From Candidatus Bathyarchaeota archaeon (GTDB lineage Archaea > Thermoproteota > Bathyarchaeia > Bathyarchaeales > DTEX01), in contig JAGTRG010000001.1 of NCBI GenBank assembly GCA_018396435.1, forward strand, positions 9,659-73,658: a stretch of 64,000 nucleotides of DNA. Direction: 5' to 3'. This document shows positions 1-7,905 of the stretch, piece by piece. Made by a program: the position numbers and the translations under genes. Within the stretch, counting starts at the first letter, position 1; each line of letters begins with the position of its first letter. The notes beneath the pieces were generated by a model, which was given only the letters and a program-made list of their open reading frames with translations, searched no databases and had not been told where the DNA came from.

Positions 1-924
1 AGCGGCGTAGATTTGTTGATCCACCAAATACTTGTTAATAGCTTACTGCCGAGGGAGAAGTCTGGTTTAGGTGGCAAAAGTATCTACATATACTGTGGAA
101 ATTATAGGCGGGAAAGAACAATGCTGGACACCCGCGCTCTAACGTACCTAGTGAAGGCTGAGAATATGGACCCGACTAAGGCGCTGGACAAAATTTATGT
201 GATATGCAACTTCTCCGAAGACCAGCAGGAACAAGTCTTCAAAGACTTGCTGGATCTCCTAAGGAGGGATTCCGAGATTAAGCTCGTTGCGGTTCACAAT
301 ATTGCCAAACTCTTCACCTCGAATAATGGGGCGAGAAACGTGAATGCTGGAGAGAGGATAATGCGCCTGCAAAGGGTTATCCACCAAATATGGCGTGTCT
401 GCGCCGAGAATAGCGTAGCCTTGGTGGCCTCCTGTAGGCCGTCTAAGAGTGGTAGCAACCGAATCCCAAAGCCCGAAGGGGGGAAATATCTCAAACATAA
501 GGCCTCAGTCATAGTTTACTTCAAGAGGAAGAGGAAAAATTTGGCTTCAGCCTTTCTCGTTAAGCACCCCAATCAAGCACCCAGAATGATTAATATTGAG
601 CTGATGGAAGGAGGTGATTTATTGGGCAGAATAACCCGTCCATTCAGAACCCTACTTCAAGAGGAGATGGATAACCTGAAGAGGACTTATAGGGAAGCGC
701 TTATGGATGCGAAGCGTAGAGAAGCATTCGACAGCCTCCTGCATACGTGGAGCAGCGAGCAGGGCGCTATGAGTTACGCTAGGGTTCCAACAGTTCTTGA
801 AGTAATGCTGCTCACCGCGATTGTAGACAACCGGAAACTCATCGAGGAAGCGCTTAAGCAAGTGAAAATGATGCGAGCCAAGCTTGAGGAGGTTGAGGCG
901 GGACTTCGGAAACTCTTAGAGTAG
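1..924 (+). CDS. RadA/RecA-superfamily paralog, 5' end cut by the window edge, with degenerate ATPase motifs and a ~100-aa helical C-terminal extension
   Basis: Frame 1 is open from nt 1 (SGVDLLIHQILVN...). The protein is colinear with the bona fide RadA in this window: SGKTQICMMLSITAQLP vs SGVDLLIHQILVNSLLP, IKLVVVDS vs IKLVAVHN, GGNIMAH vs GGKYLKH. Confidence 0.7.
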   Translation, partial: SGVDLLIHQILVNSLLPREKSGLGGKSIYIYCGNYRRERTMLDTRALTYLVKAENMDPTKALDKIYVICNFSEDQQEQVFKDLLDLLRRDSEIKLVAVHNIAKLFTSNNGARNVNAGERIMRLQRVIHQIWRVCAENSVALVASCRPSKSGSNRIPKPEGGKYLKHKASVIVYFKRKRKNLASAFLVKHPNQAPRMINIELMEGGDLLGRITRPFRTLLQEEMDNLKRTYREALMDAKRREAFDSLLHTWSSEQGAMSYARVPTVLEVMLLTAIVDNRKLIEEALKQVKMMRAKLEEVEAGLRKLLE

Positions 925-940
925 GGGGAGCATAGGGTTT

Positions 941-3130
941 ATGAAGCAAACACGAGGATGGCTTCTAGACGTAAATGTTGCGGGGAGCGAAGCGGTCTTA
1001 TGGCTGAAGGCTGAGGACGGAGACGTCATTCGTTTAACCGATAAGTATAGGCCCAGCTTCTACATCAAGCCTAAAGACGCCTCCGAGATTGAACGTTTAG
1101 CAGCGATGTTAATCAACCATCCAAATGTGGTGGGCGTTAAATGCGAGAGTAAATACGCATCCCTAAGCTCGAAGAAAACCAGGGTCTTACACGTCCATGT
1201 TGATTCCACAAAGAAATACAGGAGGGTTCTGAGAGACATGGCGGAGGACAGCGGCGTAGAAGCCCTCTACAACGTTGATCTCCTTCATGTTCAATGGTAT
1301 CTCTTCCGCAAGGATCTCCCGCCGACAAGCAAGATACATGTTTCCTACAATGAAAGGAATGAACTGGCGCATTTAGAAGTTATTGATGACGGCCTAGAAG
1401 TTCAGCCGCCCCCATTCACAAGCATAATATTTGACATTGAAATATCAAGCGGGAAACTCACTCCAGACGTGAACATGGATCCCATCTCGAAGATAGGCAT
1501 CTTCGATGAGCATCTGAACCCAATTAAATCATTTGGGGGCGACGAGAAAAACCTGCTCCATGAATTTTCGGAGTACATTAGAAGTTTAAACCCAGACTTT
1601 TTAATTTCTGAGGGCGTTGATGAGAAGATAACCTATGTTTTAGAGAGAGCTAGGATTATGGAATTAAATTTAGAGGTTAGCAGAGAAAATGTTGATTTCT
1701 TAAAACTAAAGAAACTTTTACCGTACGCGCATAGAGGCAGAGTCCTCCTCGATCTTGAAACATTTCTATCGATCGGTATAGCCGGGGTTACTGAGCTTTC
1801 GAGGTTCTCTTTGGTCCCTCCGGGTTTAGCGGCTAAGTGGCCCGCAGGTAGAATGATAGATGGTAGGCAGTGCTATGAAGCGATCAAGAGGGATGTGATT
1901 ATACCTCAATCCCGCGCCTTCTTCCGATTCGTGAAGACGGCTAAAGAAGTCATCTTCGGCGACAGAGGCGGCCTAATCCTATCCCCCAAAACAGGATTAC
2001 ATGAGAACGTTGGAGTGTTAGATTTTGAATCAATGTTCCCGCACATAATCGTAAAATATAATGTGAGTTACGAAACGGCTTCTCCTAACCGCGTCAGAAC
2101 TGACAAGGAAGGGTTCTTACCGCAATTGACTAGAAATCACTTGGAAAGGCGACTATACTTCAAACATTTGAAGAAGAAGTTCCCGGAGAACAGTCAAGAG
2201 TGGCTTTGGTGCGATCAGAGGCAGAAAGCGTTAAAGGGCATTTTAGTATGCATTTACGGTTATAGCGGCTGCTTCGCAAACCGATTTAACAATGTTGCCT
2301 GCTATGAAGAGATTAATCGAATTGCAAGGGAAATCCTCGTAGAAGCCATGAACATAGCCATGCGAGAAGGCTTTGAAGTGATATATGCGGACAGCGACAG
2401 CCTCTTCGTCAAGAAGGAAGGCGCATGCAGGGAAGACTTCGAGGATCTGGCTGGAAAAATCAGTGAGAAGACGGGTCTCCCAATAGCGCTGGATAAACAT
2501 TTCAAGTTTCTGGTTCTGCTGAAGCAGGAGTCCGATCCGAGCTTAGATGCCGCAAGGCGATACTTCGGGAAGCTAACTAACGGAGAGCTCTTCTATAGGG
2601 GCATTGAGCTCCGCCGACACGACTGCCCAACATTCATCAAGAGGTTCGAGACGAGGCTCATGGAAATCCTATTCGACGCCGAGAAAGCCGAGGAAATTTG
2701 GAAAACGCAATGTAAAAAGGCCTTTAACTACGTTGTTGAAACCTGCGATTTAATTCGCATGGGTAAAATCCCCTTAAACGAGCTAGTTATCAGTAAGAGT
2801 TTAAGGCGTCCGGTCAATAATTACCGCAGTCTCTTCCCCCACGTCGTTGCCGCCAAACAGCTAATTCAGATGGGTAAACAGCTTAAAAGCGGCGATACAA
2901 TAGACTTCATCTACGTGAATGCGGAACACAGGAACCCGTTTAGGCGAGTCACACCCGCCGAGGTTTTATGTGACCGCAACCAACGCTACGACCGAGACAA
3001 ATATGTTGAGATAATATTAGACGCGGCTGAAACAATCCTAGGAAACTTCGGCTTCAACAGGAGGAGCCTAGGATTTGGGATGAAACCGAGAAACTTTATC
3101 GAGGAGCTAAAACTCGAGATAGGCAGCTAA
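941..3130 (+). CDS. polB: Family B DNA polymerase, short (729 aa), PolB2-like minor type
   Basis: Exo I is IIFDIEIS. Pol motif A is LDFESMFPHII (DxxSLYPS-like). Motif B is KGILVCIYGYSG (KxxxNSxYG-like, N/S lost). Motif C is YADSDSLFV (YxDTDS-like). The ORF starts 16 nt after the preceding ORF. Confidence 0.85.
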   Translation: MKQTRGWLLDVNVAGSEAVLWLKAEDGDVIRLTDKYRPSFYIKPKDASEIERLAAMLINHPNVVGVKCESKYASLSSKKTRVLHVHVDSTKKYRRVLRDMAEDSGVEALYNVDLLHVQWYLFRKDLPPTSKIHVSYNERNELAHLEVIDDGLEVQPPPFTSIIFDIEISSGKLTPDVNMDPISKIGIFDEHLNPIKSFGGDEKNLLHEFSEYIRSLNPDFLISEGVDEKITYVLERARIMELNLEVSRENVDFLKLKKLLPYAHRGRVLLDLETFLSIGIAGVTELSRFSLVPPGLAAKWPAGRMIDGRQCYEAIKRDVIIPQSRAFFRFVKTAKEVIFGDRGGLILSPKTGLHENVGVLDFESMFPHIIVKYNVSYETASPNRVRTDKEGFLPQLTRNHLERRLYFKHLKKKFPENSQEWLWCDQRQKALKGILVCIYGYSGCFANRFNNVACYEEINRIAREILVEAMNIAMREGFEVIYADSDSLFVKKEGACREDFEDLAGKISEKTGLPIALDKHFKFLVLLKQESDPSLDAARRYFGKLTNGELFYRGIELRRHDCPTFIKRFETRLMEILFDAEKAEEIWKTQCKKAFNYVVETCDLIRMGKIPLNELVISKSLRRPVNNYRSLFPHVVAAKQLIQMGKQLKSGDTIDFIYVNAEHRNPFRRVTPAEVLCDRNQRYDRDKYVEIILDAAETILGNFGFNRRSLGFGMKPRNFIEELKLEIGS

Positions 3131-3136
3131 ATCCTC

Positions 3137-3151
3137 TCCGAACTTAAGAAT
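3137..3151. repeat. Direct repeat copy 1 (TCCGAACTTAAGAAT)
   Basis: Matches 3610-3624 at 14/15 positions. It lies 7 nt after the polB stop. Confidence 0.6.
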
Positions 3152-3255
3152 TTAACGCATCCAAATACATAAGCAATAAAACCTAGAGGCCTGAACAATT
3201 AAAATTGTTTTCGAAGAAATAGAGTTGTCTCTGTAAAAATACTTGAAGATTTTCG

Positions 3256-3465
3256 TCATTTATTTATGATTGCTGCTATTTCCTTAACTATTACTTTAGC
3301 TATGTTTTTTGCATTCATTATTTCTATCCCTGCCTCCCCCCTTAAGATTATACTCTACTCTAACATCCTCATCTAGCTCTTTGCTGTCAGCTATTGGTCC
3401 CTCTCTAATGATTATATTAGGATATCTTCCTCGGCATCGTAATTTATCCTCAATTTTCCTCCCAC
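3256..3465 (-). pseudogene. DUF2283-like small protein (antitoxin-like) interrupted by two compensating frameshifts
   Basis: Three frame segments read GGKLRINYDAEEDILI* / NIIIREGPIADSKELDEDVRVEYNLKGG / EAGIEIMNAKNIAKVIVKE...*. Together they match my recollection of the DUF2283 pattern (xIxYDxEaDxLyIxLxeGkiaeSeEl...DYdxxGxxvGIEIlnAs). The second shift is at a G6 run (3336-3341). Confidence 0.5.
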
Positions 3466-3498
3466 CCGTATCTGAATCCACCTTCCAGATTTAACCTT

Positions 3499-3625
3499 TC
3501 ACCTCACTTCCTCCTCAACCTCTCCAACCGGATAAACCGTGACAATATGCAGATAATCATCCCTTCTCCTGAAGATGACTACAAGGAAAATTTTGAGGTT
3601 ATATAAGGTTCCGAACCTAAGAATG
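3499..3625 (-). pseudogene. C-terminal fragment of a small toxin-like ORF (possibly DUF4258-like), no start codon
   Basis: The open frame ...LKIFLVVIFRRRDDYLHIVTVYPVGEVEEEVR* runs straight out of the tRNA 3' flank. It lies 33 nt upstream of the DUF2283-like gene. The family assignment is tentative. Confidence 0.3.
3610..3624. repeat. Direct repeat copy 2 (TCCGAACCTAAGAAT)
   Basis: Matches 3137-3151 at 14/15 positions. It ends 1 nt from the tRNA CCA end. Confidence 0.6.
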
Positions 3626-3767
3626 TGGCGGGCCCGCTGGGATTTGAACCCAGGATCTCCGGCTTTCATCGGTGTGCTTTCACCTTAGAGGGCCGACGCG
3701 CTATCCGTGCTACGCTTCCCGAATGAGCCTAATGGCGCCTTCTAGGCTAGGCCCATTTCACGGGCCC
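3626..3767 (-). tRNA. tRNA with two introns and encoded CCA. The predicted anticodon is UCU (Arg).
   Basis: Acceptor stem GGGCCCG/CGGGCCC. T arm CTGGG-TTCAAAT-CCCAG. D arm GCGT-AGCACGGATA-GCGC. Anticodon stem TCGGC/GCCGG. Intron 1 is 3716-3758 and intron 2 is 3665-3685; both are flanked by bulge-helix-bulge geometry. The spliced length is 78 nt. Confidence 0.8.
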
Positions 3768-4138
3768 AGTCAATATGCGTTCCCCAGCGGCCCATCTTAT
3801 TTCTTGATAGTTGTGTAATTTAAATTTGATGCTGAAGATAACCCCAAATTTCCGGAGGAACTAACTATAGGCATACGCCATGGCCATGTTGGGAGATATA
3901 ACGAGAATCCCGTTGGTAAGTCTTCCCGGCAAAAAGAAGTAATGGCAGATTTATCCTAGAAAACAAAGCGAAACCAGAATGATGCTTTACCCTCAAAATC
4001 TGGGGTTCTGCCAGCGGAAATATCTGACAACAGCTCTGGCTGAGATTGCTGTTAGCTATTAACTTAGTAGATTTGGGCGTGTTACGTAATCTTTTTTAGG
4101 GATCTTCTCAGTTTTTTGTTCTGAAAGCGTGATGTGGA

Positions 4139-4666
4139 ATGTGTGTGCTTGGTAAAGATAGGCTTCTTGAGCTCATAGAGAAGCATAGGTGCATATACCC
4201 GTTCGACCTAAACCTCCTGGATGGGGACAGCTACGTGCTTACTGTTAAGGAGGAGGTTACGCTTCAGTATCTGGAACATAGAAACCTGGTCTCCAACGAG
4301 ATTGTCTTCACGCTGCCGAACATTGTTGCTCATCTAACGGCTAAAAGCAGGTATGGACGCATGGGATTATCCTTCCTTAACGCCGCTAAGGTCCATAGCG
4401 GCTTCATTGGGAGGCTGGCCCTGGAAGTTGTAAACTTGAACAATGATAGGACGCCGATAACGATCAAGAGGGGCGACCCGTTCATGCACATAGAATTCAT
4501 AACAAGAATAGGTGAGGAGTCGCCTTACACGGGCGAATACCAATTCCAGTACATGACCAATGAAGAGATCAAAATGTACATACCGATACTGAGAAACGTA
4601 TTTAAAAACTACGAGGAGCTCTCCAAAATATGGTTCAAAGGCAAGGGCGAAGGCCGTCAAGCCTAA
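4139..4666 (+). CDS. dcd: dCTP deaminase/dUTPase-family protein
   Basis: AKSRYGRMGL...HSGFIGRLALEVVNLN...ITIKRGDPFMHIEF matches the dCTP deaminase core pattern. Confidence 0.65.
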   Translation: MCVLGKDRLLELIEKHRCIYPFDLNLLDGDSYVLTVKEEVTLQYLEHRNLVSNEIVFTLPNIVAHLTAKSRYGRMGLSFLNAAKVHSGFIGRLALEVVNLNNDRTPITIKRGDPFMHIEFITRIGEESPYTGEYQFQYMTNEEIKMYIPILRNVFKNYEELSKIWFKGKGEGRQA

Positions 4667-4793
4667 CCTAGTCTCGACCTAGTAATCTTCCATGCTCCCC
4701 ATCATTCCAAGACGTTTGATTGCGCCAATGCGCCGGAGCCGTCTAAGTTAAAATTTAAATACTTCTGATGATGGTATCATAAGGGGAAAACCG

Positions 4794-5321
4794 ATGAAGG
4801 CGCGTAACTACCGTGAAGTTAAGGGAATGCCCTACACTAGACATGAGTATGTACATGGCCCCCCGCAGCCGAAAATAACCAAGTTCACGGCTGGAAAACC
4901 CTCTGAAAGCCAGACACATCAGGTTTCGCTTGTAGCTGATAAGAGGATTCAGATAAGGCATAACGCTCTTGAAGCAGCCCGAATTGCGGCGAACAGATAC
5001 CTTCAGGAGAAGCTGGGCGATAGATTTTTCATGAGGGTCACGGTTCTCCCCCACATGATTTTAAGGGAGAATAAAATGATCTTCGGAGCACACGCTGACA
5101 GGCTTCAGGAGGGGATGCGTAGGGCATTCGGAAAGCCCATCGGCAGGGCGGCCCGTGTTGAACCCAACCAGCCGATAATAATTGTTAATGTTGAGGAAAA
5201 CGGTTTGGAGGCCGCTAAAGAAGCCCTCAGGAGGGCTGAGGCGAAGCTTCCCACCACATGCAGAATAATTATTGAGAAGCTGCCTGAGCAGCAGGTTCAA
5301 GTCACCCAAAATGTAACATGA
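4794..5321 (+). CDS. rpl10e: 50S ribosomal protein L10e (uL16)
   Basis: ARNYREVKGMPYTRHEYVHGPPQPKITKF N-terminus. The length is about 175 aa. Confidence 0.9.
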   Translation: MKARNYREVKGMPYTRHEYVHGPPQPKITKFTAGKPSESQTHQVSLVADKRIQIRHNALEAARIAANRYLQEKLGDRFFMRVTVLPHMILRENKMIFGAHADRLQEGMRRAFGKPIGRAARVEPNQPIIIVNVEENGLEAAKEALRRAEAKLPTTCRIIIEKLPEQQVQVTQNVT

Positions 5322-5337
5322 TCATATCTGGAGGTAA

Positions 5338-7743
5338 ATGCAAATGTCAAGCAAGAAGGGAAAGTTCGTATTATGGTTTGAGGAGATAGGCATCGAAGAT
5401 GTGCCAGTCGTCGGGGGAAAAAGCGCAAGCCTAGGTGAAATGATTAGGAAAGTAGGCGTTCCAGTGCCATACGGCTTCGCAACAACAGCTGAAGCATACA
5501 GATACTACATAAGGGCAAATAAGCTAGATGAGAAAATAGCGGAGATCCTCAAGGAGCTGAAGGACCCGAACGACACGCAAACCCTGCAGAAGGTAGGCGC
5601 AAGGATCAGGGAACTAATAGCCTCCGCCGATATGCCTAAAGACCTGGAGGAGGAGATCGTTAAAGCATATGAGGATCTGGCTGAAAGAATAGGCGATGAG
5701 AACCCGTTTGTTGCAGTGCGCAGCTCAGCAACAGCCGAGGATCTGCCGGATGCAAGCTTCGCCGGCCAGCAGGAAACATACCTCAATGTTCACACGGCTG
5801 AGGAGGTTGTTGAAAAAATAAAGCACTGTTACGCGAGCCTCTTCACAGATAGGGCTATATTCTACAGGGTCCAGAAGGGATTCGACCATATGGCTGTGGC
5901 CCTAAGCAGCGTAGTCCAGCTAATGGTTTACAGCAAAGCCAGCGGTGTCATATTCACCCTAGACGTTGCAACAGGGGACAGAAGCGTTGTTCTGATAGAG
6001 GCGGGCTACGGGCTGGGCGAATTCATAGTTCAGGGAACAATAACACCGGATGAATACTACGTCAGGAAATCCGACCTGGAAATAGTGAAGAAGAACATTT
6101 CCAGGAAGACGGTTCAGCTGGTCAGGCTTCCAACAGGCGGAACAGAACGCAGGGATGTCCCACCGGTCCTTCAGGAAAAGCAGGTGCTTACAGACGAGCA
6201 GATTAAGGAGCTGGCCAAATACGCCATAATGATTGAGCAGCATTACGGAAAGCCCATGGACATAGAGTGGGCACTAGATGAAAGAACAAACAAACTGTTC
6301 ATACTTCAAGCCAGGCCGGAAACAGTCTGGGCTATCAAGAAAGCCGAGGTTGTTGAGGAGAAGCCAGCTGTAACAAAGGAGCGGAAGGTTCTCATCCAGG
6401 GTCTGCCAGCATCACCAGGCGTGGCTGTTGGAAAAGTGCACATTATACCGACCGTTGATAGAATCAACGAGTTCCAGAAGGGCGAAATACTCGTCACAGA
6501 GATGACGGCGCCAGACTGGGTTCCAGCAATGCGTAAGGCAGCGGCCATCATAACAAACTCGGGTGGAATGACATGCCACGCAGCCATAGTCTCCAGGGAG
6601 CTGGGGATCCCATGCATTGTTGGAACAGCCTCTAGGGGTGCGCCGGCAACAGAAGCCCTCGAAGACGGCACTATGGTGACTGTGGACGCTAAGCTAGGCG
6701 TTGTCTACGAGGGAATACTTGAAGAATTCGCTGAGAAAGCCGAGAAGGCTGAAGCTGCGCCAGCAGCCGTCACGTTCGCTGAACCATACATAATAACCGG
6801 GACAAAAATATATGTTAATCTGGGCGAACCTGAGATCGCCGATAAGGTTTCAGCCCTGCCAGCCGACGGCGTCGGACTGCTAAGGCAGGAGTTCGTCTGG
6901 TCAAGCGAGATAGGTGAGCACCCGCTATACATGATTGAAGTCGGGAGAGCCGAGGAATTCGTCAATAAGCTAGCTGAGGCGTTCAGAAAGATCTGCGCAG
7001 CGTTCTATCCCAGACCGGTTGTCATGCGCTTCAGCGACTTCAAATCTTCAGAGTACAGGGAGCTAAAGGGCGGGGAGAAATATGAGCCCGTTGAACCGTC
7101 GGCCCTAATGGGCTGGAGGGGAGCGTCAAGATACTACGACCCGAAGTATATTGAGGCCTTCAGGCTTGAGGTTAAAGCCGTTAAGAAGGTTCGTGAAGAA
7201 TACGGGTTGAAGAACCTTTGGGTTATGATACCCTTCTGCAGACGAGTCGATGAGATGGAGAGGATCGTTGAAATCTTGGAGGAGGAGGGCTTAAAGAGGG
7301 GTCCGGACTTCAAGGTTTGGCTTATGGCTGAGATACCGAGCAACTGCCTCCTAGCCGACAAATTCAACAAGTATGTTGACGGATACAGCATTGGAAGCAA
7401 CGACCTAACGATGACGATCTTGGGATGCGACCGGGACAATGAGACAGTGGCGCACCTGTTCGATGAGAGAGACCTAGCGGTTAAACGTGCAATCAGATTG
7501 CTCATCAAGCTGGCCCATAGAGACGGCAAAACGGTCAGCATATGCGGCCAGGCTCCAAGCGTCTACCCAGAGTTCACAGAGTTCCTTGTTAGAAGCGGAA
7601 TAGACAGCGTCTCAGTGAACCCGGATGTGGTTGCTCAGACGAGAAAACTCGTAGCTTCAATTGAGCAGCGCATAATGCTTGAAAAACTAACAGGCATGGG
7701 ATTGCGTGAAGATCCAGATCTGGAGATCCCGCTTGACAAGTAG
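5338..7743 (+). CDS. ppsA: Phosphoenolpyruvate synthase
   Basis: 801 aa. VPVVGGKSASLGEM, the swivel-His segment GGMTCHAAIVSRELGIPCIVG, and a C-terminal PEP-utilizing barrel. Confidence 0.92.
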   Translation: MQMSSKKGKFVLWFEEIGIEDVPVVGGKSASLGEMIRKVGVPVPYGFATTAEAYRYYIRANKLDEKIAEILKELKDPNDTQTLQKVGARIRELIASADMPKDLEEEIVKAYEDLAERIGDENPFVAVRSSATAEDLPDASFAGQQETYLNVHTAEEVVEKIKHCYASLFTDRAIFYRVQKGFDHMAVALSSVVQLMVYSKASGVIFTLDVATGDRSVVLIEAGYGLGEFIVQGTITPDEYYVRKSDLEIVKKNISRKTVQLVRLPTGGTERRDVPPVLQEKQVLTDEQIKELAKYAIMIEQHYGKPMDIEWALDERTNKLFILQARPETVWAIKKAEVVEEKPAVTKERKVLIQGLPASPGVAVGKVHIIPTVDRINEFQKGEILVTEMTAPDWVPAMRKAAAIITNSGGMTCHAAIVSRELGIPCIVGTASRGAPATEALEDGTMVTVDAKLGVVYEGILEEFAEKAEKAEAAPAAVTFAEPYIITGTKIYVNLGEPEIADKVSALPADGVGLLRQEFVWSSEIGEHPLYMIEVGRAEEFVNKLAEAFRKICAAFYPRPVVMRFSDFKSSEYRELKGGEKYEPVEPSALMGWRGASRYYDPKYIEAFRLEVKAVKKVREEYGLKNLWVMIPFCRRVDEMERIVEILEEEGLKRGPDFKVWLMAEIPSNCLLADKFNKYVDGYSIGSNDLTMTILGCDRDNETVAHLFDERDLAVKRAIRLLIKLAHRDGKTVSICGQAPSVYPEFTEFLVRSGIDSVSVNPDVVAQTRKLVASIEQRIMLEKLTGMGLREDPDLEIPLDK

Positions 7744-7905
7744 ACGAACCGGCTGAGCCGCATAATCAAACAAAAAAATCTTTCCACCTATTTTTCCCTA
7801 AAAAACCATAAACGTGATGATTACTTATTTTTTCTTTAAGCGGAAAACTATATTTTAAGATAGGCTAATATCCCTCAGGATCCTTTTATTCTTAATGATT
7901 GAGAG

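Noticed and set aside
3979-4027. Possible C/D-box sRNA (AATGATGC ... CTGA, 49 nt) between the tRNA and dcd.
   Set aside because: The C box deviates from RUGAUGA. There are no convincing internal D'/C' boxes and no terminal stem. The spacing alone is not enough.
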